Virus record (IMG/VR): IMGVR_UViG_3300014204_000122
Location: 72,570 to 136,569 of that record
Reading direction: 5' to 3' (one strand)
Length of the DNA: 64,000 nt
DNA from: a virus
Taxonomy: Duplodnaviria > Caudoviricetes
Positions 29,715 through 40,687 of this stretch are shown here, piece by piece. The position numbers and the translations under genes are program-made. The number at the start of each line of letters is the position of its first letter. Positions within the stretch are counted from its first letter, which is position 1. The notes below the pieces were generated by a model, which saw only the letters and a list, made by a program, of their open reading frames with translations, had not been told where the DNA came from and did not search any database.

Positions 29715-31229
29715 TTAACGTTTTAAATAAATATCTCTATCATTGTAAGGAGAAGCACTTACATTATCAAATCTAGTAACACCATCATAAATTAATTTAA
29801 ATTTATAAGTATCTGGGCTTGTTTGTAGTCTTTCTCCGTTTTTAAACCTAATGTAAACTTCATATTCTATTTCTTCATAAAAATAAGATGTATCTACATA
29901 AAAAAATATCTCTTCACCATAAACACTAACTTTTGACCAAGGACATATTTCAAAATCACTAGTAGTAAGTATTTTATATTCAAAATTTGAAGATACAATA
30001 TTTTTTCTTTTATCTTTTGCTATAATATTAAATTTAACAATATCATTTTTAAATATTATATTTTTATTATAATAAGTAGTAGGATAGAAATATAATGTTG
30101 AATAAGAATTTTCTATAAAATTATAACCAGGTTTAGTAATCATCATAGATTTAGCTATTGTATTAGAATTTATAGACCACGTTTCTTGAAACTCTCCAGA
30201 TGTTAAAGGTAAATAAGTATAACTATGAATTCCATTTCCTAAATAAGTAACAATAGGAATTTTAATTTTATCTATATCATCTATAGGTAATTGTAAGTCA
30301 GTAACAACAACAGATAAATTTTCAATTTCTGTTAAGTTCCAATTTATAAGATATAAAGTAGATTCCGTATCTTGTTTTAACATATATCGAGAATCAACAA
30401 TATTATCTTCTATAAAAAATTCTAAATAAGGTTTAAATATAGTTTTAGTATGTCTAGATTTTACAAATTTAGTATATAAAACATCATCACTATCAAAAAT
30501 ATCAAAATTTAAAGCAAAATTACACTCTACTTCATTTTCTATGGAATTTTTTACAGGATCTAAACCGTTTTCTATAATTTTATTATAAGTAAAGGTTAAA
30601 TCATCTGCCCTAGATTGTAGTTGTAAACTAGTTAAAGGTGTTTTAAATTCATCAGGTATAGGATCAGAAGTAAAGAAATAAACGGTTCCATTCCATTGAT
30701 AACAATTTCCATTTATTAAATTATAGTAATAAGAATTTAAAATAGGAATGATAGGAGTAGTAAATGTATCCTCTAAATAAAATAAATTATCTGCTGGGTT
30801 GAAATAACCATTAATATAATTAACCCAATAATCATTATTAGTTCTCTTTTCCCAATTACTAACACTTTCAAGAGCATTAGGTGGCGAAAAATTAAAACCA
30901 TCACCTTCAACAAATTCAGAGTTAAAATAATATAAATTAATAGGTTTTATATTACTTATACTGTTTTTATTTATGGGAGTTCTACCTATATCTCTAAGAA
31001 CACCACCATCATATAGTTTTAAATTATATGTATAAGTTTTACCTTCTAGTTTGGTTTTTAGTTCGTTTAAATTAAATCCTAATAATATTCTTGATTTGCC
31101 TGCACCATCATTTAATTCAAACACAGGATTTTTTCCTGTATTAATTAAACCTTTTTGAATAGTTGAAGATCCAGTAGTAGGTTTAAAAATAGTATTATTT
31201 TTATCAGGGTATATTCTTATATAAGACAT
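29715..31229 (-). CDS. Putative virion structural protein
   Basis: RIYPDKNNTI...SRILLGF...SRHTKTIFKPYLE pattern seen in large-phage tail proteins. Confidence 0.55.
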   Translation of the reverse strand: MSYIRIYPDKNNTIFKPTTGSSTIQKGLINTGKNPVFELNDGAGKSRILLGFNLNELKTKLEGKTYTYNLKLYDGGVLRDIGRTPINKNSISNIKPINLYYFNSEFVEGDGFNFSPPNALESVSNWEKRTNNDYWVNYINGYFNPADNLFYLEDTFTTPIIPILNSYYYNLINGNCYQWNGTVYFFTSDPIPDEFKTPLTSLQLQSRADDLTFTYNKIIENGLDPVKNSIENEVECNFALNFDIFDSDDVLYTKFVKSRHTKTIFKPYLEFFIEDNIVDSRYMLKQDTESTLYLINWNLTEIENLSVVVTDLQLPIDDIDKIKIPIVTYLGNGIHSYTYLPLTSGEFQETWSINSNTIAKSMMITKPGYNFIENSYSTLYFYPTTYYNKNIIFKNDIVKFNIIAKDKRKNIVSSNFEYKILTTSDFEICPWSKVSVYGEEIFFYVDTSYFYEEIEYEVYIRFKNGERLQTSPDTYKFKLIYDGVTRFDNVSASPYNDRDIYLKR

Positions 31230-31319
31230 TGTAATAAATATTTTTAATTAAATACAAGTTTAACAAACATTTTCGTATTTAAAACAAAAACAAATTAAAC
31301 ATTTTGAAAATAATATAAA

Positions 31320-34300
31320 ATGGCCAGCTCTATTAAAGTAAATAAAACACAAATTCAAGCTGTAGAAAATATCTTAATAGCTAATACTGTTTTTAGAAAG
31401 GCTCATTTTTTAGCTCAATGTCATGCAGAAACATCAGGTTTTTATTATAAAGAAGAAAATTTAGCATATGGAACAAGAGCTTTAAGAGATTTGTTTGGAA
31501 AATATTTTAAAACGTTAACAGATGCTCAAATAACTAAAAATTATGCTTATAAACCTCAAAAAATTGCTAATAGAATATATGCTAACAGAATGGGTAATGG
31601 AAGTGAAGCTTCAGGAGATGGGTGGAAATACAGAGGAAGAGGATATATTCAACTTACAGGTAAAAGTAATTATATAGCCTTTCAAAATTCTGGATTGTTA
31701 GACTCGGGAGATAATGTTATTGTCAATCCTGATTTGGTAGCAAGTAAATATCCTCTTAGAAGTGCATCTTTCTTTTTTAGTAAAAATGATATATGGACAT
31801 ATTGCGATCATGGTGCGGCAGACCCTGTAGTTGTTTCAGTATCAGCAGCTGTAAATACAGGAAATCCTAATTCTAATCCAGATAAAATTATTCATTTAGA
31901 TACAAGAAGAGAATGTTTTAAGGCATATTATGAATATTATACAGGAACTACTCCTCCAGGGTATGATCAATCAAATGAAGGACTAATACCAACAAGTGAA
32001 ACAGGAAAAAAAAGTGAAGAACAACCATCTTGGGAAAAGACTTTTGAGCAAATAGGGGTAAATATAGCTAATATTGAAGCAGATCAGGTAGACGTAACTT
32101 GGGGTAAAAGAACAAATTCTAGTGAAGATAGTGATTGGATTAGTCTTAAACAGTTTATTTTATATCTAGCATCTAAATATACACCACAAAGTCTTTTACC
32201 TTTTGTAGAACTTATACCAGAGGTTTCAATGAATAACGGATACTATGATAAAGACGGAACAGTTCCTGATAATGTAAAAAATAGTACAGGAAGCAAATCA
32301 TCTAAATTTAAAGATAAAATAATTGAAAAAGCTAAAGAGTTAGATAAAGAATTACCTAAAGGATCTTTTTATACAGATTCAAATAAAGCTAAATTAGGAC
32401 AAGAAACTTTTAATAAAGGTAGTGGTGTAGCAGATTTAACAACATTAGATCCTTGGAGAGAAACTCAAGATTGGATGGGGGTACCTAACGAAGGAGGAAA
32501 ACAAATTATAGAACTTAGAAAGGTTGGAGTAAGAGCTTTTGGACAATTAGTTTTATCACCAGGTGCTTTAGATAAATCAGCTTCAAAACCAGGACCAATA
32601 GGATTTCAAGAGTTTGAAATAAAATCAGGAGCTCAATGTGATAATGGATTAGCTTTAATATCTATGAAGTTAGTAGATATACAAGGAAATAAATTTACAG
32701 ACTTAACTTCTCCTTGGTCTTTTATTTATGATACAAGACCCGGCGCTGTTGGTGGAGATTTTTGGTTTAGATATGGTTGGCAATTAAGATTACCTTTTTA
32801 TGATAAAAAAGATAAAACTTCTTGGGGTTTTTGGAATCACCCAGGTTGGGATATTTTTGGAAATGAAGTTAAGTGGTATATAATTAATCAAATATTACCA
32901 TGGAAACCTTATATTACTTTAACTCAAAACCTTAGTGCATCAGATTCTAATACTAAAGATAAAAATGGCAATATATTAGGAGATATAACTAGAGATGTTC
33001 AATTTAACTCCATGTTTGATGATGGAATTCAATATGATGAAGAAAGCGGTTCTGTTACTATATCTAGATCTAATTTAACTGAAGCTAATTATGTAAAGTT
33101 AGCTATTTTAAATCCTGAAATAACAATGAATCAAAATGGGTCTTTAATTGCAGACTTATCTTTCAGAACAACAGGATCAATTTGTCATCAAATGCCTTTA
33201 GCTTTTGCACATAATTTAAGAAGAGTTATATCTGAAACAACAAAAATTATATTAGGTGATCTTTTAGTGGCTTACTTAAGCGATTTAGAGAGTTTTCAAA
33301 ACCTTTTAGATTCAGATGAAGTTAGAAAAAAAAGAGATTATTTAAATTCAAAAAGATCTTCTTTAAATTTAACAAAATCTAGAAATTTTGATGGTTTCGT
33401 TCACATAGTAGGTCTTGGAAAAGGAGCAGGTGCTGGAGGTTCAGTACACCCTGACTCTATATGGCTGGAGGTAAGCAAAAAGAAAGTAAGGTTGTTAGAG
33501 GATAAAGTACCTGATAATGAGATGACTATTATAAGATGGTTTAGAGAAGTTTTAGAAGATAATGGTTGTGCCTTGCAATCGGCTGCAACAGGATCGGGTG
33601 CAGGGATTAATTCAGCATGGATAATTGCTGTAACAGATGACTTTGAAGAAGAAAGATACAAACCCAGCAAATGGAGACAATCAGAATCAACAAATGGAGA
33701 CAGTAGTATAGATGGAACGAAAGCAGCAGCTACTACTTTAGCTTTAATGCAATCGGAAAAAGACGTATTTTCTTATAGATTTCAAGGGGCTTTAAATACA
33801 CAAATTTCTGTAGAAAAATCAGATGCCCCAAACGCAATGAAAGTTGATGTTAATTTTGCTGTTGGTGATTTTTTAACATATGATGGAGAAAGTGTTAAAA
33901 CAGAAAAAGTTCCTGTAACAACAACAGATAGACAAAGAAATTTAAAAATATTATTTGCACAAATGCAAAATGTAAAAGTAACAGCTTTGTGTCATCCTTG
34001 GATAGGTCCAGGAAAAAATATTTTTATAAAAGGATTAGGGTTTTTTGATGGGGAATATATGGTTTTATCTTGTTCACATAAGTTAGATAATAGTAATTCA
34101 TTTACTTCTGAATTAGAAGCAGCAAGAATATTAAAAGATGATAACACAGCAGATATACATAAAGAAAATGTAGATAATAAACAAGAAGAAGGAGGTAATA
34201 CCAATAAGTCTAAACAAACTGAATATCAAAAAGAATCATCAACTAAAGAAAAACCTAAAGAAAATAATCCTGTTTACACTAAAGAACAAAAAGACGCTGT

Positions 34301-34412
34301 TATGAAAAAAAAATTAAAAAATCAAGAACTTACAGCAGAAGAAAAAAAAACTTGGGATTCTTTAAGTCCGTCAGATAAAAAAGGAGCTTTTAAGGAAATG
34401 AAAAAAAAGTAA
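31320..34412 (+). CDS. GH19 lysozyme/chitinase fused to a putative baseplate hub protein
   Basis: AHFLAQCHAET, ANRIYANRMGNG, DGWKYRGRGYIQLTGKSNY; C-terminal HPWIGPG...FDGEYMVLSCSHKL hub-like end. Confidence 0.8.
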   Translation: MASSIKVNKTQIQAVENILIANTVFRKAHFLAQCHAETSGFYYKEENLAYGTRALRDLFGKYFKTLTDAQITKNYAYKPQKIANRIYANRMGNGSEASGDGWKYRGRGYIQLTGKSNYIAFQNSGLLDSGDNVIVNPDLVASKYPLRSASFFFSKNDIWTYCDHGAADPVVVSVSAAVNTGNPNSNPDKIIHLDTRRECFKAYYEYYTGTTPPGYDQSNEGLIPTSETGKKSEEQPSWEKTFEQIGVNIANIEADQVDVTWGKRTNSSEDSDWISLKQFILYLASKYTPQSLLPFVELIPEVSMNNGYYDKDGTVPDNVKNSTGSKSSKFKDKIIEKAKELDKELPKGSFYTDSNKAKLGQETFNKGSGVADLTTLDPWRETQDWMGVPNEGGKQIIELRKVGVRAFGQLVLSPGALDKSASKPGPIGFQEFEIKSGAQCDNGLALISMKLVDIQGNKFTDLTSPWSFIYDTRPGAVGGDFWFRYGWQLRLPFYDKKDKTSWGFWNHPGWDIFGNEVKWYIINQILPWKPYITLTQNLSASDSNTKDKNGNILGDITRDVQFNSMFDDGIQYDEESGSVTISRSNLTEANYVKLAILNPEITMNQNGSLIADLSFRTTGSICHQMPLAFAHNLRRVISETTKIILGDLLVAYLSDLESFQNLLDSDEVRKKRDYLNSKRSSLNLTKSRNFDGFVHIVGLGKGAGAGGSVHPDSIWLEVSKKKVRLLEDKVPDNEMTIIRWFREVLEDNGCALQSAATGSGAGINSAWIIAVTDDFEEERYKPSKWRQSESTNGDSSIDGTKAAATTLALMQSEKDVFSYRFQGALNTQISVEKSDAPNAMKVDVNFAVGDFLTYDGESVKTEKVPVTTTDRQRNLKILFAQMQNVKVTALCHPWIGPGKNIFIKGLGFFDGEYMVLSCSHKLDNSNSFTSELEAARILKDDNTADIHKENVDNKQEEGGNTNKSKQTEYQKESSTKEKPKENNPVYTKEQKDAVMKKKLKNQELTAEEKKTWDSLSPSDKKGAFKEMKKK

Positions 34413-34413
34413 A

Positions 34414-35274
34414 TTATTCTGAATAAAAAGGAAGTAGTTTCTTTTTTAATAATTTTGAATTTTTAACATAAAAATAATTTAAATCATTTTGTACCTCTGT
34501 TAAAATTAAAGATTGAACAGATGAGCAAGTTGATAACAATTGTTTTATTTTAGATTCTATTAAAGATTCATTTACATCAGCATCTAAAATTAATAAAACG
34601 TTAGTATCTGTTAAAAAATCCAGTATTTTATCATTAATCTCTGTACCTAATAAAATTAAAGAATTAGGAACAATTAATCCATCAAGTATACCTTCTGTAA
34701 TTATAATAATAGAATTTTTATTAATAAAATTTTCATAAAAACAAACAAATTTAGAACTTAAATGTTTTTTATATTTCTTTGTATAAAAATTTTGTGAAAC
34801 AAAAGCAACAAGTTCTCCATTTTTGTTATAAGAAGGATATATTATATTATTTTTAAAATTCCCATCATAACAATATAATATACCTCTTTCTTTTATTATT
34901 TCAAAAGTTAACCCTCTAGATTTTAAATAATCGTAAATTTCAGGATAATTATATACAGTTCCACAATTTGGTGGTAAAATTAAAGTTTTTTCTTCAACTT
35001 GTGATTTGTAATTGTCTTTTTTATCTTTTTTAAATAACTTAGCAAAATCAGCATAACCATATTTTTCTATTATAAAAGACAAGCCACCTTTTAAACCGCA
35101 GGCCCAGCAATGGCAGGCGTTTTTATTTAAAGAAATTTCAAGATTATATTTATCAATAGGATTTCCTAATTCCTTTTCACATCTAGGACAATTAAATTTT
35201 AATTGACTTCCATCTGTTTTATATTCACCCAAAGGTTGAAGTGCTCTTAATAATTGCTCGTAAGTTCCAGACAT
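34414..35274 (-). CDS. DNA primase (Zn finger + TOPRIM)
   Basis: CPRC...CHCWAC, YLKSRG, IITEGILDG, LDAD; ATG 35274 preferred over track start 35322. Confidence 0.85.
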   Translation of the reverse strand: MSGTYEQLLRALQPLGEYKTDGSQLKFNCPRCEKELGNPIDKYNLEISLNKNACHCWACGLKGGLSFIIEKYGYADFAKLFKKDKKDNYKSQVEEKTLILPPNCGTVYNYPEIYDYLKSRGLTFEIIKERGILYCYDGNFKNNIIYPSYNKNGELVAFVSQNFYTKKYKKHLSSKFVCFYENFINKNSIIIITEGILDGLIVPNSLILLGTEINDKILDFLTDTNVLLILDADVNESLIESKIKQLLSTCSSVQSLILTEVQNDLNYFYVKNSKLLKKKLLPFYSE

Positions 35275-35359
35275 TTTAAAAAAAATAATTTTTAATAATA
35301 AAATAAGAAAAAATTTAAACAATAATTATATTTAAGTAAAATAAACAAGGTTTAACAAA

Positions 35360-36178
35360 ATGGAAAAAGAATTACAATTACTTATTGAAAAATTACAAAA
35401 ACTTTCAAACAAAAAAGCTTTTTTGGTAAAAACCAATATATTTAAAGAATCTTTAAATAGTGCAAAACAAAAATATTTAATAAATAATTTAATTGAAGAA
35501 GATATATTTAAAAAATTATTAGAATCTGATAAAACATCATCTAAAAAATATATTGAATGGATGTGCAAAATATATTTAAAAGATCAGCCTGAGTTACATG
35601 AATTAAAAAATGCAATAGAGGAATTTAATGCTCTTGTTTTAGATAAGAGAATAAAAGGAGAAGAGTCAAATATAGAAAAATATAAAAGTTTTAAAGAGTT
35701 TAGTGAATATATTGATAGAAAAAATAATGAAGAAATAGTTGTTTCTAAAACACAACAAGAGAATGATTATAAAATATTAATAAATAATTCTGAACTTTTT
35801 GTGGTAGCTCCACATAATCATGCTGCTAGTAGAAAAGTAGGTTTAAAATGGTTCGCAGTAAGACCTAACACTAAAACAGGAACAAATGATTGTCCGTGGT
35901 GTACAACATATGGTGCTGAGTCTCATTGGAAGGGTTATTGGGAAAGTGGCCTTGATTCTTTTTATTATGTTAAAGTTAAAGGAAAACTTAAAGAGAAAAT
36001 AATATCAACACCTGGATTAGGTCCAAAATGTGAATATGTTGCTTTACAAATACATATTACAGGAGGTATTAGAGTTTGGAATACGGATGATAGTCAAATT
36101 TCAAAAGGTGGAGAATATATGAGAATATTAGAAGAATATCTAGAAGAAAATAATTTAATAGAGAGTTTTTGGGAGTAA
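35360..36178 (+). CDS. Hypothetical protein with degenerate tag and WCTT domain
   Basis: MEKELQLLIEKLQKLSNKKAFL...FKE; HAASRKVG...PWCTT. Confidence 0.8.
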   Translation: MEKELQLLIEKLQKLSNKKAFLVKTNIFKESLNSAKQKYLINNLIEEDIFKKLLESDKTSSKKYIEWMCKIYLKDQPELHELKNAIEEFNALVLDKRIKGEESNIEKYKSFKEFSEYIDRKNNEEIVVSKTQQENDYKILINNSELFVVAPHNHAASRKVGLKWFAVRPNTKTGTNDCPWCTTYGAESHWKGYWESGLDSFYYVKVKGKLKEKIISTPGLGPKCEYVALQIHITGGIRVWNTDDSQISKGGEYMRILEEYLEENNLIESFWE

Positions 36179-36199
36179 ATTAATTAAATATTTATAGAA

Positions 36200-36442
36200 G
36201 TGTATACAGCAATATTATTAGAAGATACAAAAAAATTTAAAAAAGGTGATTTAATAAAAAATATTAAGAGATCACCTGAAGGTATAATTAAAGAAGACGA
36301 TTTAATACCTTATGATAAAGTATTAATATTAAATGAAGCTTTATCAACACAAGATATTGCACAAGTAAAAAAAATAGTAAAAGATATTTTAAAATTAGTT
36401 TTTTGGAGATTGTATACAAGAAATTCATTTGTTTTACAATAA
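36200..36442 (+). CDS. Small head-module hypothetical protein
   Basis: GTG start; repeated LLE/IKE/LNE. Confidence 0.6.
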   Translation: MYTAILLEDTKKFKKGDLIKNIKRSPEGIIKEDDLIPYDKVLILNEALSTQDIAQVKKIVKDILKLVFWRLYTRNSFVLQ

Positions 36443-36489
36443 TTTTAAAAAACAGTTATATTTAAATAAAATAATAATTATATATTTCA

Positions 36490-37704
36490 ATGAATTCAAA
36501 AAACTTATCGCAAAAAATTGATAGTATTTTAATGAAAGAAGAACTTACAGATAAAAAAACAGTTAGTAATTCTGGAAGAGTTTATGTTCACGAAACTGTG
36601 GATGTAATCTTAAAAAATAGAAACTTTAATCAATCTTTACAAGATGATTTAGATCTTACAGAAGAAAATTTTAATAAAATTAACGATAGTATTTTAAAAG
36701 AATATGTTGAATATTGTGGGTTTAATTATTCTAATCGCAATCAAGCAATTCAAATTTTATTTGAAAATAATAAAGTTAATCAAGATGTTATTTTTTCTTT
36801 AGAAGATAAACAACGAGAAGAACAACAAGAGTATGAGTTAAAAGAAGTTTTTGAAAATTACAATAAAGTAATAGAAGAAGATTTTCAAACTAAATTTGGT
36901 GAAGATGTTGATTTTAGAAATATAGAAGAAAAACAAATTTTTGAAATAGGTAGTTTAATATATGAACAACTAGATAATTTTGGAAAAGAAGATTGGAAAG
37001 AATATATTTCTATATTAAAAGAAAATAATGTAGATTGTTTTTATGATACTGAAACTGATAAATATATAGTTAAAAAATTATTAAAAGAAGATATACAAGA
37101 AAGATATCTCATAGAAGAAGCTGATAAAAAAATAATTGAAAATATTATAAAACCAACAAGTTTTACTTTATTAGAAGTTAGAGGCTTACCTAAATCAACA
37201 TATAAAGATTATGTTATTGAAACCATTGTTGAAAAAGATGGCCAACAAACATTAATAGAATATCATGATACGCAATTAAGAAAACCTTGGAAAATAGCAA
37301 ATAACGAATTTCAATTTTTACAAGAAGCGTTACAATCAATAATCCCTCCAACTAAAGATTTTTATAAAGAAAAAAGTTCTGAAGTAAAAAAACCTACTAT
37401 TTTAACTAAAATAATTAAAGAAAATTATAATAAAACAGATAATCTTCCATTGGCTGAAAGTCAAAGAAGAGAAATGGAATCTAAAAAATTAATTTCTAAG
37501 TTAGATAAATTACATAACTCTGATAATATTATTGAATTATTAGAAGAAGGAGTTAAAGTAAAAACAAATAAAGGTAACGGAATAGTACGCCATATAGATT
37601 GGATATATGGAACAGTTAATATTAACACTAAAGAAGATAATAATGGAATTAGTAGCTTTGTTTCTAATGTTAGTTTTGATGACATTTCGGAAGTAGGAGA
37701 ATAA
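36490..37704 (+). CDS. Head-module hypothetical protein, (L/I)xE-rich
   Basis: 404-aa ORF directly before portal. Confidence 0.7.
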   Translation: MNSKNLSQKIDSILMKEELTDKKTVSNSGRVYVHETVDVILKNRNFNQSLQDDLDLTEENFNKINDSILKEYVEYCGFNYSNRNQAIQILFENNKVNQDVIFSLEDKQREEQQEYELKEVFENYNKVIEEDFQTKFGEDVDFRNIEEKQIFEIGSLIYEQLDNFGKEDWKEYISILKENNVDCFYDTETDKYIVKKLLKEDIQERYLIEEADKKIIENIIKPTSFTLLEVRGLPKSTYKDYVIETIVEKDGQQTLIEYHDTQLRKPWKIANNEFQFLQEALQSIIPPTKDFYKEKSSEVKKPTILTKIIKENYNKTDNLPLAESQRREMESKKLISKLDKLHNSDNIIELLEEGVKVKTNKGNGIVRHIDWIYGTVNINTKEDNNGISSFVSNVSFDDISEVGE

Positions 37705-37815
37705 TATATTTAAACGTTATTAAAACTATAGATTATGTCTATAGTTTTTTATTTACAAGGTGTTTAAATTTTTTCTTATTTTATATTAAATGGGACAGTT
37801 CAAAAATAATACACA

Positions 37816-39543
37816 ATGAGTAATTTTAGAGACGAGCTAACAGATTTTTATAAAAGACTGTCAGGAAAAGAAAGAATAAAAATAGCCAATTCAAATGTTA
37901 ACATACTTAATTCTGCCCCAACTGAGCAAGAAAGAGTTATGAAACAAAAAATCTGGCAATTAAATCAATATGTTAGATTAAAAAGTAGCAATAGGAGATA
38001 TTTACAATTTTTTGATGAATATCGCCAAATGGATGTTACTTTCCCTATTATAAAGGCAGCTCTAGATATATATGCAGAAGAAACAGTAAGTAAGGACGTA
38101 AGTGGAGATCTTATTAAAATAGTAACAGAAAATGAAAAAGTAAAACAATTGCTTGAAGAATGTTATTTTTCTAATTTAGATTTAAATAAAAGAGCTTTTA
38201 TAATAGCTAGAGAGTTTTGTAAATTTGGAAATGTTTATGCCTATCTTATAACTAGACAAGATGATGGTGTTGTAGATTTAGTCTTTTTACCAGCAGATGC
38301 TTTAGTAAGACAACAAATGTTAGGATTAACTGCATATGAAGATCAAATGGATTTTGAAAAAATAAATGAATATCAATTTGTATGGCATGGTAGTGGTGGT
38401 GGTGGAACTGTTTTTGAACCATGGGAAATTGTACATTGGAAAAATTCAGAAGATTTAGAATCAGAACCATATGGAGTATCAATTTTAAGACCTATTGTAG
38501 AAACGTGGAGAAGAGTTGTTTTAATGAGAGAAGCTTTAATTGTATATAGAATTTCAAGGGCACCTCAGCGTTACTTATTTAAAATTGCAACAGATGGCTT
38601 AACTGGAGAAGAAGCTTATAGGTTTGCACAAGATGTTAAAAAAGAAGTCAAAAAGAAGCCTTTAGTAGATCCAAGAACAGGGGAAATAGATTTTAAGCAT
38701 AACCCCATGTCTGTTATGGATGATTTTTTTATACCAGTAGCTCAAAATAATTCTTCGGATATACAAGTTTTAGATGGAGCCAGTAATTTGGATGCTATAG
38801 AAGATTATAAAATTATCAAAGACGATTTGTTTGCAGGATTAAAAATACCAAAAGCATATTTAACTTTTGAAGAAACGTTAAGTAATAAAGCAGCTTTAGG
38901 GGAAGAAGACGCAAGGTTTAGTAAAACAATACAACGTATACAAACAGAGTTTATACAAGGTTTAGTTCATATAGGTATAGTTCATTTATTTCTTAATGGA
39001 TGTTCTACTGAAGAAATACAGTCTTTTAGTTTAGAAATGGCCCAATCTTCTACAATAGCGGAACAGAGAAAATGGGAAATAATGACAGCTAAACTAGATG
39101 TTGCTGTTAAATTATGGGATGAACAAAAAGCAGGATTGAATTTTATGACTTATGCGGATGTTTTAAAAACAGTATTTAAATTTACAGATGAAGAGATACA
39201 AGAAACTATAAAAAAACAATTTATAGAAAAGAAAATAGCATGGAGATTAGAACAGATAAAAACAAATGGTTTTTATGAAATGCCAGAACTTGATAATTTA
39301 ACCGATAAGTTAAAAGGATTAACTCCTGGATCTAGCATGTCAGATAAAGACTTAAATATATTTAAATCTTTGAATTTTGAAAGTTTTGAAAGTATAAAAC
39401 CTATTATTGACCAGCACATAGATGAAGAAATAGCAACTATGTTTAAAACTCCTTCTATAAAGCCAACAAAAAAAGATATAAATAGAGTAAAGGGTTTACT
39501 TACAGATAATATAGAAAAAACAAAAAAGGATATAAAAGTTTAA
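37816..39543 (+). CDS. Portal protein (T4 gp20-like)
   Basis: ALDIYAEE, LMREALIVYRISRAPQRYLF, DDFFIP, LFAGLKIP, EDARFSKTI. Confidence 0.95.
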   Translation: MSNFRDELTDFYKRLSGKERIKIANSNVNILNSAPTEQERVMKQKIWQLNQYVRLKSSNRRYLQFFDEYRQMDVTFPIIKAALDIYAEETVSKDVSGDLIKIVTENEKVKQLLEECYFSNLDLNKRAFIIAREFCKFGNVYAYLITRQDDGVVDLVFLPADALVRQQMLGLTAYEDQMDFEKINEYQFVWHGSGGGGTVFEPWEIVHWKNSEDLESEPYGVSILRPIVETWRRVVLMREALIVYRISRAPQRYLFKIATDGLTGEEAYRFAQDVKKEVKKKPLVDPRTGEIDFKHNPMSVMDDFFIPVAQNNSSDIQVLDGASNLDAIEDYKIIKDDLFAGLKIPKAYLTFEETLSNKAALGEEDARFSKTIQRIQTEFIQGLVHIGIVHLFLNGCSTEEIQSFSLEMAQSSTIAEQRKWEIMTAKLDVAVKLWDEQKAGLNFMTYADVLKTVFKFTDEEIQETIKKQFIEKKIAWRLEQIKTNGFYEMPELDNLTDKLKGLTPGSSMSDKDLNIFKSLNFESFESIKPIIDQHIDEEIATMFKTPSIKPTKKDINRVKGLLTDNIEKTKKDIKV

Positions 39544-39564
39544 GTAATTATCATCAAAAAGTAA

Positions 39565-39598
39565 AAAAGATCATATAAATTTATATGATCTTTTTTTT
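39565..39598 (+). terminator. Intrinsic terminator after portal
   Basis: AAAAAGATCATATAA/TTATATGATC + T-run. Confidence 0.75.
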
Positions 39599-39636
39599 TA
39601 TTTAATATTTAAAAAAAACTTTAATTTATAAAAAGA

Positions 39637-40545
39637 ATGAAACTTACAAAAATAGAATTTCAGTGTTTAACTGAACAAGAAAATAAAAATCTTAGCAAAC
39701 ATACTTTTTCTATGTTGGAAAAATATGCTAGTAAATTATCACCTAAAGATAATTTTTATACAAATAAATGTATAAAGGTTTTAAAAGAGGAAGTTAAAAA
39801 AAATATTGATATTTCAAATACAATTTTTAAGGTTTACGAATTAAAAGAAAATATATTAAACCTTTTAAAAGAAGATAGTAATGGAGAAAAAAGAGCCGTT
39901 ATTAGAGATAAAGAAAATATTAAAAACATTGTAGTAACTACAATGGGTGAAGGAAAAAGAGACCTTGAAACAATTTATGTGGATTTTAGTATTATTGTTA
40001 AGCCTTTTGGAGATTCAAAAGCAGCAGTTGGAAGAGAGATAGAAAGAATTATAGTTAATAATGATCGTTTAGGAACAAAAATCATAGCACAATTATTACC
40101 TCAAATTGATGGATTTGCAGGAACGGGAACATATCAAGGATATATAAGATCAACACCAGTAGCACCAGGAGATTCAATTAAAGCTAGAAATGATATATCT
40201 ATTGATACTACTTATGCTAAAGATCCTAAAAGTTTTAAAGAATATGTTGAAGGAATATCTCAATTGTTTGATCTTTTAGATGAAAAAGTTGTAAGTTGGT
40301 TAGATGTTGAAAATTACGATGATGAAAATGTAGCTGCAGGCTCTGATGAAACAGAAGAAGAAAAAAGAGATAAAGAATTTAAAAATTCTGAAAGAGAATT
40401 TGATAATCCTGATGATGAACAAATTGAAAAAGGTATTTTGAGTAAATTACGCAAGGAAGGTTTGAAAAGAGAAAAAAATTTAGAGATTGAATTACTTACA
40501 GAAAAAATTCAAAAGCTTTCAGGTAAAACAGTTATTTTTGAATAA
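39637..40545 (+). CDS. Putative prohead core protein with C-terminal tag copy
   Basis: Lies between portal and protease; ends REKNLEIELLTEKIQKLSGKTVIFE. Confidence 0.65.
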   Translation: MKLTKIEFQCLTEQENKNLSKHTFSMLEKYASKLSPKDNFYTNKCIKVLKEEVKKNIDISNTIFKVYELKENILNLLKEDSNGEKRAVIRDKENIKNIVVTTMGEGKRDLETIYVDFSIIVKPFGDSKAAVGREIERIIVNNDRLGTKIIAQLLPQIDGFAGTGTYQGYIRSTPVAPGDSIKARNDISIDTTYAKDPKSFKEYVEGISQLFDLLDEKVVSWLDVENYDDENVAAGSDETEEEKRDKEFKNSEREFDNPDDEQIEKGILSKLRKEGLKREKNLEIELLTEKIQKLSGKTVIFE

Positions 40546-40565
40546 AAATAATTAACAAATAAAAT

Positions 40566-40602
40566 AAAAAAAGATCTTAAATAAATTAGGATCTTTTTTT
40601 TT
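40566..40602 (+). terminator. Intrinsic terminator
   Basis: AAAGATCTTAA/TTAGGATC + T-run. Confidence 0.7.
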
Positions 40603-40687
40603 GCTATCTTAATTAGTAAAAATAGTTAAAAAAATATTTTTTTAAGCATTAAGGTTATATTTATAAAAAACTATAGTTATATATTTA

